Source: Eledone cirrhosa (taxonomy: Eukaryota). Taken from it: DNA of 64,000 bases. Positions 38,001-51,300 of the stretch are shown piece by piece. The position numbers and the translations under genes were made by a program. Location of the stretch: the NCBI GenBank assembly GCA_964016885.1, contig OZ024744.1:87606001-87670000 (forward strand). Reading direction: 5' to 3'. Under the pieces are notes generated by a model. The model was given only the letters and a program-made list of their open reading frames with translations. It did not search any database and was not told the DNA's origin. Within the stretch, counting starts at the first letter, position 1. Each line of letters opens with the position of its first letter.

Positions 38001-41000
38001 TCTCCCTTCAACAGTTGGTACCAACAGTGACACCAAAGTGTCTCTATCTCCCTTGTTCCTATCTATTGTTGTTGTTGTTACCATCTCTCCCTTCAACAGT
38101 TGGTACCAACAGTGACACCAAAGTGTCTCTATCTCCCTTGTTCCTATCTATTGTTGTTGTTGTTACCATCTCTCCCTTCAACAGTTGGTACCAACAGTGA
38201 CACCAAAGTGTCTCTATCTCCCTTGTTCCTATCTATTGTTGTTGTTGTTACCATCTCTCCCTTCAACAGTTGGTACCAACAGTGACACCAAAGTGTCTCT
38301 ATCTCCCTTGTTCCTATCTATTGTTGTTGTTGTTACTATCTCTCCCTTCAACAGTTGGTACCAACAGTGACACCAAAGTGTCTCTATCTCCCTTGTTCCT
38401 ATCTATTGTTGTTGTTGTTACCATCTCTCCCTTCAACAGTTGGTACCAACAGTGACACCAAAGTGTCTCTATCTCCCTTGTTCCTATCTATTGTTGTTGT
38501 TGTTACTATCTCTCCCTTCAACAGTTGGTACCAACAGTGACACCAAAGTGTCTCTATCTCCCTTGTTCCTATCTATTGTTGTTGTTGTTACCATCTCTCC
38601 CTTCAACAGTTGGTACCAACAGTGACACCAAAGTGTCTCTATCTCCCTTGTTCCTATCTATTGTTGTTGTTGTTACCATCTCTCCCTTCAACAGTTGGTA
38701 CCAACAGTGACACCAAAGTGTCTCTATCTCCCTTGTTCCTATCTATTGTTGTTGTTACCATCTCTCCCTTCAACAGTTGGTACCAACAGTGACACCAAAG
38801 TGTCTCTATCTCCCTTGTTCCTATCTATTGTTGTTGTTAATATCTCTCCCTTCAACAGTTGGTACCAACAGTGACACCAAAGTGTCTCTATCTCCCCTGT
38901 TCCTATCTATTGTTGTTGTTGTTACCATCTCTCCCTTCAACAGTTGGTACCAACAGTGACACCAAAGTGTCTCTATCTCCCATGTTCCTATCCATTGTTG
39001 TTGTTGTTACCATCTCTCCCTTCAACAGTTGGTACCAACAGTGACACCAAAGTGTCTCTATCTCCCTTGTTCCTATCTATTGTTGTTGTTGTTACTATCT
39101 CTCCCTCCAACAGTTGGTACCAACAGTGACACCAAAGTGTCTCTATCTCCCTTGTTCCTATCTATTGTTGTTGTTGTTACTATCTCTCCCTTCAACAGTC
39201 GGTACCAACAGTGACACCAAAGTGTCTCTATCTCCCTTGTTCCTATCTATTGTTGTTGTTGTTATCATCTCTCCCTTCAACAGTTGGTACCAACAGTGAC
39301 ACCAAAGTGTCTCTATCTCCCTTGTTCCTATCTATTGTTGTTGTTGTTACTATCTCTCCCTCCAACAGTTGGTACCAACAGTGAGACCAAAGTGTCTCTA
39401 TCTCCCTTGTTCCTATCTATTGTTGTTGTTGTTACCATCTCTCCCTTCAACAGTTGGTACCAACAGTGACACCAAAGTGTCTCTATCTCCCCTGTTCCTA
39501 TCTATTGTTGTTGTTGTTACTATCTCTCCCTCCAACAGTTGGTACCAACAGTGACACCAAAGTGTCTCTATCTCCCTTGTTCCTATCTATTGTTGTTGTT
39601 GTTACCATCTCTCCCTTCAACAGTTGGTACCAACAGTGACACCAAAGTGTCTCTATCTCCCTTGTTCCTATCTATTGTTGTTGTTACCATCTCTCCCTTC
39701 AACAGTTGGTACCAACAGTGACACCAAAGTGTCTCTATCTCCCTTGTTCCTATCTATTGTTGTTGTTGTTACTATCTCTCCCTCCAACAGTTGGTACCAA
39801 CAGTGACACCAAAGTGTCTCTATCTCCCTTGTTCCTATCTATTGTTGTTGTTGTTACTATCTCTCCCTTCAACAGTCGGTACCAACAGTGACACCAAAGT
39901 GTCTCTATCTCCCTTGTTCCTATCTATTGTTGTTGTTGTTATCATCTCTCCCTTCAACAGTTGGTACCAACAGTGACACCAAAGTGTCTCTATCTCCCTT
40001 GTTCCTATCTATTGTTGTTGTTGTTATCATCTCTCCCTTCAACAGTTGGTACCAACAGTGACACCAAAGTGTCTCTATCTCCCTTGTTCCTATCTATTGT
40101 TGTTGTTGTTACTATCTCTCCCTCCAACAGTTGGTACCAACAGTGACACCAAAGTGTCTCTATCTCCCTTGTTCCTATCTATTGTTGTTGTTGTTACCAT
40201 CTCTCCCTTCAACAGTTGGTACCAACAGTGACACCAAAGTGTCTCTATCTCCCCTGTTCCTATCTATTGTTGTTGTTGTTACTATCTCTCCCTCCAACAG
40301 TTGGTACCAACAGTGACACCAAAGTGTCTCTATCTCCCTTGTTCCTATCTATTGTTGTTGTTGTTACCATCTCTCCCTTCCACAGTTGGTACCAACAGTG
40401 ACACCAAAGTGTCTCTATCTCCCTTGTTCCTATCTATTGTTGTTGTTACCATCTCTCCCTTCAACAGTTGGTACCAACAGTGACACCAAAGTGTCTCTAT
40501 CTCCCTTGTTCCTATCTATTGTTGTTGTTGTTACTATCTCTCCCTCCAACAGTTGGTACCAACAGTGACACCAAAGTGTCTCTATCTCCCTTGTTCCTAT
40601 CTATTGTTGTTGTTGTTACTATCTCTCCCTTCAACAGTCGGTACCAACATTGACACCAAAGTGTCTCTATCTCCCTTGTTCCTATCTATTGTTGTTGTTG
40701 TTATCATCTCTCCCTTCAACAGTTGGTACCAACAGTGACACCAAAGTGTCTCTATCTCCCTTGTTCCTATCTATTGTTGTTGTTGTTACTATCTCTCCCT
40801 CCAACAGTTGGTACCAACAGTGACACCAAAGTGTCTCTATCTCCCTTGTTCCTATCTATTGTTGTTGTTACCATCTCTCCCTTCAACAGTTGGTACCAAC
40901 AGTGACACCAAAGTGTCTCTATCTCCCCTGTTCCTATCTATTGTTGATGTTGTTACCATCTCTCCCTTCAACAGTTGGTACCAACAGTGACACCAAAGTG

Positions 41001-42832
41001 TCTCTATCTCCCTTGTTCCTATCTATTGTTGTTGTTGTTACCATCTCTCCCTTCAACAGTTGGTACCAACAGTGACACCAAAGTGTCTCTATCTCCCTTG
41101 TTCCTATCTATTGTTGTTGTTGTTACCATCTCTCCCTTCAACAGTTGGTACCAACAGTGACACCAAAGTGTCTCTATCTCCCTTGTTCCTATCTATTGTT
41201 GTTGTTGTTACTATCTCTCCCTCCAACAGTTGGTACCAACAGTGACACCAAAGTGTCTCTATCTCCCTTGTTCCTATCTATTGTTGTTGTTGTTACTATC
41301 TCTCCCTTCAACAGTCGGTACCAACAGTGACACCAAAGTGTCTCTATCTCCCTTGTTCCTATCTATTGTTGTTGTTACTATCTCTCCCTTCAACAGTTGG
41401 TACCAACAGTGACACCAAAGTGTCTCTATCTCCCTTGTTCCTATCTATTGTTGTTGTTGTTACCATCTCTCCCTTCAACAGTTGGTACCAACAGTGACAC
41501 CAAAGTGTCTCTATCTCCCTTGTTCCTATCTATTGTTGTTGTTGTTACCATCTCTCCCTTCAACAGTTGGTACCAACAGTGACACCAAAGTGTCTCTATC
41601 TCCCTTGTTCCTATCTGTTGTTGTTGTTACCATCTCTCCCTTCAACAGTTGGTACCAACAGTGACACCAAAGTGTCTCTATATCCCTTGTTCCTATCTAT
41701 TGTTGTTGTTGTTACCATCTCTCCCTTCAACAGTTGGTACCAACAGTGACACCAAAGTGTCTCTATCTCCCTTGTTCCTATCTGTTGTTGTTGTTACCAT
41801 CTCTCCCTTCAACAGTTGGTACCAACAGTGACACCAAAGTGTCTCTATCTCCCTTGTTCCTATCTATTGTTGTTGTTGTTACCATCTCTCCCTTCAACAG
41901 TTGGTACCAACAGTGACACCAAAGTGTCTCTATCTCCCTTGTTCCTATCTATTGTTGTTGTTGTTACCATCTCTCCCTTCAACAGTTGGTACCAACAGTG
42001 ACACCAAAGTGTCTCTATATCCCTTGTTCCTATCTATTGTTGTTGTTGTTACCATCTCTCCCTTCAACAGTTGGTACCAACAGTGACACCAAAGTGTCTC
42101 TATCTCCCTTGTTCCTATCTATTGTTGTTGTTGTTACCATCTCTCCCTTCAACAGTTGGTACCAATAGTGACACCAAAGTGTCTCTATCTCCCTTGTTCC
42201 TATCTATTGTTGTTGTTGTTACCATCTCTCCCTTCAACAGTTGGTACCAACAGTGACACCAAAGTGTCTCTATCTCCCTTGTTCCTATCTATTGTTGTTG
42301 TTGTTACTATCTCTCCCTTCAACAGTTGGTACCAACAGTGACACCAAAGTGTCTCTATCTCCCTTGTTCCTATCTATTGTTGTTGTTACCATCTCTCCCT
42401 TCAACAGTTGGTACCAACAGTGACACCAAAGTGTCTCTATCTCCCATGTTCCTATCTATTGTTGTTGTTGTTACCATCTCTCCCTTCAACAGTTGGTACC
42501 AACAGTGACACCAAAGTGTCTCTATCTCCCTTGTTCCTATCTATTGTTGTTGTTGTTACCATCTCTCCCTCCAACAGTAGGTACCAACAGTGAAACCAAA
42601 GTGTCTCTATCTCCCTTGTTCCTATCTATTGTTGTTGTTGTTACCATCTCTCCCTTCAACAGTTGGTACCAACAGTGACACCAAAGTGTCTCTATCTCCC
42701 TTGTTCCTATCTATTGTTGTTGTTGTTACCATCTCTCCCTTCAACAGTTGGTACCAACAGTGACACCAAAGTGTCTCTATCTTCCTTGTTCCTATCTATT
42801 GTTGTTGTTGTTACCATCTCTCCCTTCAACAG

Positions 42833-45376
42833 TTGGTACCAACAGTGACACCAAAGTGTCTCTATCTCCCTTGTTCCTATCTATTGTTGTTGTTGTTACC
42901 ATCTCTCCCTTCAACAGTAGGTACCAACAGTGACACCAAAGTGTCTCTATCTCCCTTGTTCCTATCGATTGTTGTTGTTGTTACCATCTCTCCCTTCAAC
43001 AGTTGGTACCAACAGTGACACCAAAGTGTCTCTATCTCCCTTGTTCCTATCTATTGTTGTTGTTGTTACTATCTCTCCCTCCAACAGTTGGTACCAACAG
43101 TGACACCAAAGTGTCTCTATCTGCCTTGTTCCTATCTATTGTTGTTGTTGTTACCATCTCTCCCTTCAACAGTTGGTACCAACAGTGACACCAAAGTGTC
43201 TCTATCTCCCTTGTTCCTATCTATTGTTGTTGTTGTTACCATCTCTCCCTTCAACAGTTGGTACCAACAGTGACAGCAAAGTGTCTCTATCTCCCTTGTT
43301 CCTATCTATTGTTGTTGTTGTTACCATCTCTCCCTTCAACAGTTGGTACCAACAGTGACACCAATGTGTCTCTATCTCCCTTGTTCCTATCTATTGTTGT
43401 TGTTGTTACCATCTCTCCCTTCAACAGTTGGTACCAACAGTGACACCAAAGTGTCTCTATCTCCCTTGTTCCTATCTATTGTTGTTGTTGTTACCATCTC
43501 TCCCTTCAACAGTTGGTACCAACAGTGACACCAAAGTGTCTCTATCTCCCTTGTTCCTATCTATTGTTGTTGTTGTTACCATCTCTCCCTTCAACAGTTG
43601 GTACCAACAGTGACACCAAAGTGTCTCTATCTCCCTTGTTCCTATCTATTGTTGTTGTTGTTACTATCTCTCCCTTCAACAGTAGGTACCAACAGTGACA
43701 CCAAAGTGTCTCTATCTCCCTTGTTCCTATCTATTGTTGTTGTTGTTACCATCTCTCCCTTCAACAGTTGGTACCAACAATGACACCAAAGTGTCTCTAT
43801 CTCCCTTGTTCCTATCTATTGTTGTTGTTACCATCTCTCCCTTCAACAGTTGGTACCAACAGTGACAGCAAAGTGTCTCTATCTCCCTTGTTCCTATCTA
43901 TTGTTGTTGTTGTTACCACCTCTCCCTTCAACAGTTGGTACCAACAGTGACACCAAAGTGTCTCTATCTCCCTTGTTCCTATCTATTGTTGTTGTTGTTA
44001 CCACCTCTCCCTTCAACAGTTGGTACCAACAGTGACACCAAAGTGTCTCTATCTCCCTTGTTCCTATCTATTGTTGTTGTTGTTACCACCTCTCCCTTCA
44101 ACAGTTGGTACCAACAGTGACACCAAAGTGTCTCTATCTCCCTTGTTCCTATCTATTGTTGTTGTTGTTACCATCTCTCCCTTCAACAGTAGGTACCAAC
44201 AGTGACACCAAAGTGTCTCTATCTCCCTTGTTCCTATCGATTGTTGTTGTTGTTACCATCTCTCCCTTCAACAGTTGGTACCAACAGTGACACCAAAGTG
44301 TCTCTATCTCCCTTGTTCCTATCTATTGTTGTTGTTGTTACTATCTCTCCCTCCAACAGTTGGTACCAACAGTGACACCAAAGTGTCTCTATCTGCCTTG
44401 TTCCTATCTATTGTTGTTGTTGTTACCATCTCTCCCTTCAACAGTTGGTACCAACAGTGACACCAAAGTGTCTCTATCTCCCTTGTTCCTATCTATTGTT
44501 GTTGTTGTTACCATCTCTCCCTTCAACAGTTGGTACCAACAGTGACAGCAAAGTGTCTCTATCTCCCTTGTTCCTATCTATTGTTGTTGTTGTTACCATC
44601 TCTCCCTTCAACAGTTGGTACCAACAGTGACACCAAAGTGTCTCTATCTCCCTTGTTCCTATCTATTGTTGTTGTTGTTACCATCTCTCCCTTCAACAGT
44701 TGGTACCAACAGTGACACCAATGTGTCTCTATCTCCCTTGTTCCTATCTATTGTTGTTGTTGTTACCATCTCTCCCTTCAACAGTTGGTACCAACAGTGA
44801 CACCAAAGTGTCTCTATCTCCCTTGTTCCTATCTATTGTTGTTGTTGTTACCATCTCTCCCTTCAACAGTTGGTACCAACAGTGACACCAAAGTGTCTCT
44901 ATCTCCCTTGTTCCTATCTATTGTTGTTGTTGTTACTATCTCTCCCTTCAACAGTAGGTACCAACAGTGACACCAAAGTGTCTCTATCTCCCTTGTTCCT
45001 ATCTATTGTTGTTGTTGTTACCATCTCTCCCTTCAACAGTTGGTACCAACAGTGACACCAAAGTGTCTCTATCTCCCTTGTTCCTATCTATTGTTGTTGT
45101 TACCATCTCTCCCTTCAACAGTTGGTACCAACAGTGACAGCAAAGTGTCTCTATCTCCCTTGTTCCTATCTATTGTTGTTGTTGTTACCACCTCTCCCTT
45201 CAACAGTTGGTACCAACAGTGACACCAAAGTGTCTCTATCTCCCTTGTTCCTATCTATTGTTGTTGTTGTTACCACCTCTCCCTTCAACAGTTGGTACCA
45301 ACAGTGACACCAAAGTGTCTCTATCTCCCTTGTTCCTATCTATTGTTGTTGTTGTTACCACCTCTCCCTTCAACAG
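42833..45376. repeat. Tandem 15-monomer (1272-bp) higher-order repeat, two copies
   Basis: 43003/44275, 43258/44530, 43598/44870 and 43850/45122 all differ by 1272 (15x85-3). Both copies share the ATCGATT, GACAGC and three consecutive ACCACCT variants. Confidence 0.9.
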
Positions 45377-48300
45377 TTGATACCAACAGTGACACCAAAG
45401 TGTCTCTATCTCCCTTGTTCCTATCTATTGTTGTTGTTGTTACCATCTCTCCCTTCAACAGTAGGTACCAACAGTGACACCAAAGTGTCTCTATCTCCCT
45501 TGTTCCTATCTATTGTTGTTGTTGTTACTATCTCTCCCTTCAACAGTAGGTACCAACAGTGACACCAAAGTGTCTCTATCTCCCTTGTTCCTATCTATTG
45601 TTGTTGTTGTTACCATCTCTCCCTTCAACAGTTGGTACCAACAGTGACACCAAAGTGTCTCTATCTCCCTTGTTCCTATCTATTGTTGTTGTTACCATCT
45701 CTCCCTTCAACAGTTGGTACCAACAGTGACACCAAAGTGTCTCTATCTCCCTTGTTCCTATCTATTGTTGTTGTTACCATCTCTCCCTTCAACAGTTGGT
45801 ACCAACAGTGACACCAAAGTGTCTCTATCTCCCTTGTTCCTATCTATTGTTGTTGTTGTTACCATCTCTCCCTTCAACAGTTGGTACCAACAGTGACACC
45901 AAAGTGTCTCTATCTCCCTTGTTCCTATCTGTTGTTGTTGTTACCATCTCTCCCTCCAACAGTTGGTACCAACAGTGACACCAAAGTGTCTCTATCTCCC
46001 TTGTTCCTATCTATTGTTGTTGTTGTTACCATCTCTCCCTTCAACAGTTGGTACCAACAGTGACACCAAAGTGTCTCTATCTCCCTTGTTCCTATCTATT
46101 GTTGTTGTTACCATCTCTCCCTTCAACAGTTGGTACCAACAGTGACAGCAAAGTGTCTCTATCTCCCTTGTTCCTATCTATTGTTGTTGTTGTTACCATC
46201 TCTCCCTTCAACAGTTGGTACCAACAGTGACAGCAAAGTGTCTCTATCTCCCTTGTTCCTATCTATTGTTGTTGTTGTTACCATCTCTCCCTTCAACAGT
46301 TGGTACCAACAGTGACACCAAAGTGTCTCTATCTCCCTTGTTCCTATCTGTTGTTGTTGTTACCATCTCTCCCTCCAACAGTTGGTACCAACAGTGACAC
46401 CAAAGTGTCTCTATCTCCCTTGTTCCTATCTATTGTTGTTGTTGTTACCATCTCTCCCCTCAACAGTTGGTACCAACAGTGACACCAAAGTGTCTCTATC
46501 TCCCTTGTTCCTATCTATTGTTGTTGTTACCATCTCTCCCTTCAACAGTTGGTACCAACAGTGACAGCAAAGTGTCTCTATCTCCCTTGTTCCTATCTAT
46601 TGTTGTTGTTGTTACTATCTCTCCCTTCAACAGTTGGTACCAACAGTGACAGCAAAGTGTCTTTATCTCCCTTGTTCCTATCTATTGTTGTTGTTGTTAC
46701 CATCTCTCCCTTCAACAGTTGGTACCAACAGTGACACCAAAGTGTCTCCATCTCCCTTGTTCCTATCTATTGTTGTTGTTACCATCTCTCCCTTCAACAG
46801 TTGGTACCAACAGTGACACCAAAGTGTCTCTATCTCCCTTGTTCCTATCGATTGTTGTTGTTACCATCTCTCCCTTCAACAGTTGGTACCAACAGTGACA
46901 CCAAAGTGTCTCTATCTCCCTTGTTCCTATCTATTGTTGTTGTTGTTACCATCTCTCCCTTCAACAGTTGGTACCAACAGTGACACCAAAGTGTCTCTAT
47001 CTCCCTTGTTCCTATCTATTGTTGTTATTACCATCTCTCCCTTCAACAGTTGGTACCAACAGTGACACCAAAGTGTCTCTATCTCCCTTGTTCCTATCTA
47101 TTGTTGTTGTTGTTACCATCTCTCCCTTCAACAGTTGGTACCAACAGTGACACCAAAGTGTCTCTATCTCCCTTGTTCCTATCTATTGTTGTTGTTGTTA
47201 CCATCTCTCCCTTCAACAGTTGGTACCAACAGTGACACCAAAGTGTCTCTATATCCCTTGTTCCTATCTATTGTTGTTGTTGTTACTATCTCTCACTTCA
47301 ACAGTTGGTACCAACAGTGACAGCAAAGTGTCTTTATCTCCCTTGTTCCTATCTATTGTTGTTGTTGTTACCATCTCTCCCTTCAACAGTTGGTACCAAC
47401 AGTGACACCAAAGTGTCTCTATCTCCCTTGTTCCTATCTATTGTTGTTGTTGTTACCATCTCTCCCTTCAACAGTTGGTACCAACAGTGACACCAAAGTG
47501 TCTCTATATCCCTTGTTCCTATCTATTGTTGTTGTTGTTACTATCTCTCCCTTCAACAGTTGGTACCAACAGTGACAGCAAAGTGTCTCTATCTCCCTTG
47601 TTCCTATCTATTGTTGTTGTTGTTACTATCTCTCCCTCCAACAGTTGGTACCAACAGTGACACCAAAGTGTCTCTATCTGCCTTGTTCCTATCTATTGTT
47701 GTTGTTGTTACCATCTCTCCCTTCAACAGTTGGTACCAACAGTGACACCAAAGTGTCTCTATCTCCCTTGTTCCTATCTATTGTTGTTGTTGTTACCATC
47801 TCTCCCTTCAACAGTTGGTACCAACAGTGACACCAAAGTGTCTCTATCTCCCTTGTACCTATCTATTGTTGTTGTTGTTACCATCTCTCCCTTCAACAGT
47901 TGGTACCAACAGTGACACCAAAGTGTCTCTATCTCCCTTGTTCCTATCTATTGTTGTTGTTACTATCTCTCCCTTCAACAGTTGGTACCAACAGTGACAC
48001 CAAAGTGTCTCTATCTCCCTTGTTCCCATCTATTGTTGTTGTTGTTACCATCTCTCCCTTCAACAGTTGGTACCAACAGTGACACCAAAGTGTCTCTATC
48101 TCCCTTGTTCCTATCTATTGTTGTTGTTGTTACCATCTCTCCCTTCAACAGTTGGTACCAACAGTGACACCAAAGTGTCTCTATCTCCCTTGTTCCCATC
48201 TATTGTTGTTGTTGTTACCATCTCTCCCTTCAACAGTTGGTACCAACAGTGACACCAAAGTGTCTCTATCTCCCTTGTTCCCATCTATTGTTGTTGTTGT

Positions 48301-51300
48301 TACCATCTCTCCCTTCAACAGTTGGTACCAACAGTGACACCAAAGTGTCTCTATCTCCCTTGTTCCTATCTATTGTTGTTGTTGTTACCATCTCTCCCTT
48401 CAACAGTTGGTACCAACAGTGACACCAAAGTGTCTCTATCTCCCTTGTTCCTATCTATTGTTGTTGTTGTTACCATCTCTCCCTTCAACAGTTGGTACCA
48501 ACAGTGACACCAAAGTGTCTCTATCTCCCTTGTTCCTATCTATTGTTGTTGTTACCATCTCTCCCTTCAACAGTTGGTACCAACAGTGACACCAAAGTGT
48601 CTCTATCTCCCTTGTTCCTATCTATTGTTGTTGTTGTTACCATCTCTCCCTTCAACAGTAGGTACCAACAGTGACACCAAAGTGTCTCTATCTCCCTTGT
48701 TCCTATCTATTGTTGTTGTTGTTACTATCTCTCCCTTCAACAGTTGGTACCAACAGTGACACCAAAGTGTCTCTATCTGCCTTGTTCCTATCTATTGTTG
48801 TTGTTGTTACCATCTCTCCCTTCAACAGTTGGTACCAACAGTGACACCAAAGTGTCTCTATCTCCCTTGTTCCTATCTATTATTGTTGTTACCATCTCTC
48901 CCTTCAACAGTTGGTACCAACAGTGACACCAAAGTGTCTCTATCTCCCTTGTTCCTATCTATTGTTGTTGTTGTTACTATCTCTCCCTCCAACAGTTGGT
49001 ACCAACAGTGACACCAAAGTGTCTCTATCTCCCATGTTCCTATCTATTGTTGTTGTTGTTACCATCTCTACCTTCAACAGTCGGTACCAACAGTGACACC
49101 AAAGTGTCTCTAGCTCCCTTGTTCCTATCTATTGTTGTTGTTGTTATCATCTCTCCCTTCAACAGTCGGTACCAACAGTGACACCAAAGTGTCTCTATCT
49201 ACCTTGTTCCTATCTATTGTTGTTGTTGTTACTATCTCTCCCTTCAACAGTTGGTACCAACAGTGACACCAAAGTGTCTCTATCTCCCTTGTTCCTATCT
49301 ATTGTTGTTGTTACCATCTCTCCCTTCAACAGTAGGTACCAACAGTGACACCAAAGTGTCTCTATCTCCCATGTACCTATCTATTGTTGTTGTTGTTACC
49401 ATCTCTCCCTTCAACAGTTGGTACCAACAGTGACACCAAAGTGTCTCTATCTCCCTTGTTCCTATCTATTGTTGTTGTTACCATCTCTCCCTTCAACAGT
49501 AGGTACCAACAGTGACACCAAAGTGTCTCTATCTCCCTTGTTCCTATCTATTGTTGTTGTTGTTACCATCTCTCCCTTCAACAGTAGGTACCAACAGTGA
49601 CACCAAAGTGTCTCTATCTCCCTTGTTCCTATCTATTGTTGTTGTTACCATCTCTCCCTTCAACAGTAGGTACCAACAGTGACACCAAAGTGTCTCTATC
49701 TCCCTTGTTCCTATCTATTGTTGTTGTTGTTACCATCTCTCCCTTCAACAGTTGGTACCAACAGTGACACCAAAGTGTCTCTATCTCCCATGTTCCTATC
49801 TATTGTTGTTGTTGTTACCATCTCTCCCTTCAACAGTAGGTACCAACAGTGACACCAAAGTGTCTCTATCTCCCTTGTTCCTATCTATTGTTGTTGTTAC
49901 CATCTCTCCCTTCAACAGTTGGTACCAACAGTGACACCAAAGTGTCTCTATCTCCCTTGTTCCTATCTATTGTTGTTGTTGTTACCATCTCTCCCTTCAA
50001 CAGTAGGTACCAACAGTGACACCAAAGTGTCTCTATCTCCCTTGTTCCTATCTATTGTTGTTGTTACCATCTCTCCCTTCAACAGTAGGTACCAACAGTG
50101 ACACCAAAGTGTCTCTATCTCCCTTGTTCCTATCTATTGTTGTTGTTGTTACCATCTCTCCCTTCAACAGTTGGTACCAACAGTGACACCAAAGTGTCTC
50201 TATCTCCCTTGTTCCTATCTATTGTTGTTGTTACCATCTCTCCCTTCAACAGTTGGTACCAACAGTGACACCAAAGTGTCTCTATCTCCCTTGTTCCTAT
50301 CTATTGTTGTTGTTGTTACCATCTCTCCCTTCAACAGTAGGTACCAACAGTGACACCAAAGTGTCTCTATCTCCCTTGTTCCTATCTATTGTTGTTGTTG
50401 TTACCATCTCTCCCTTCAACAGTTGGTACCAACAGTGACACCAAAGTGTCTCTATCTCCCATGTTCCTATCTATTGTTGTTGTTACCATCTCTCCCTTCA
50501 ACAGTTGGTACCAACAGTGACACCAAAGTGTCTCTATCTCCCATGTTCCTATCTATTGTTGTTGTTACCATCTCTCCCTTCAACAGTAGGTACCAACAGT
50601 GACACCAAAGTGTCTCTATCTCCCTTGTTCCTATCTATTGTTGTTGTTGTTACCATCTCTCCCTTCAACAGTTGGTACCAACAGTGACACCAAAGTGTCT
50701 CTATCTCCCATGTTCCTATCTATTGTTGTTGTTACCATCTCTCCCTTCAACAGTAGGTACCAACAGTGACACCAAAGTGTCTCTATCTCCCTTGTTCCTA
50801 TCTATTGTTGTTGTTGTTACCATCTCTCCCTTCAACAGTTGGTACCAACAGTGACACCAAAGTGTCTCTATCTCCCATGTTCCTATCTATTGTTGTTGTT
50901 ACCATCTCTCCCTTCAACAGTTGGTACCAACAGTGACACCAAAGTGTCTCTATCTCCCTTGTTCCTATCTATTGTTGTTGTTGTTACCATCTCTCCCTTC
51001 AACAGTTGGTACCAACAGTGACACCAAAGTGTCTCTATCTCCCTTGTTCCTATCTATTGTTGTTGTTACCATCTCTCCCTTCAACAGTTGGTACCAACAG
51101 TGACACCAAAGTGTCTCTATCTCCCATGTTCCTATCTATTGTTGTTGTTACCATCTCTCCCTTCAACAGTAGGTACCAACAGTGACACCAAAGTGTCTCT
51201 ATCTCCCTTGTTCCTATCTATTGTTGTTGTTGTTACCATCTCTCCCTTCAACAGTTGGTACCAACAGTGACACCAAAGTGTCTCTATCTCCCTTGTTCCT

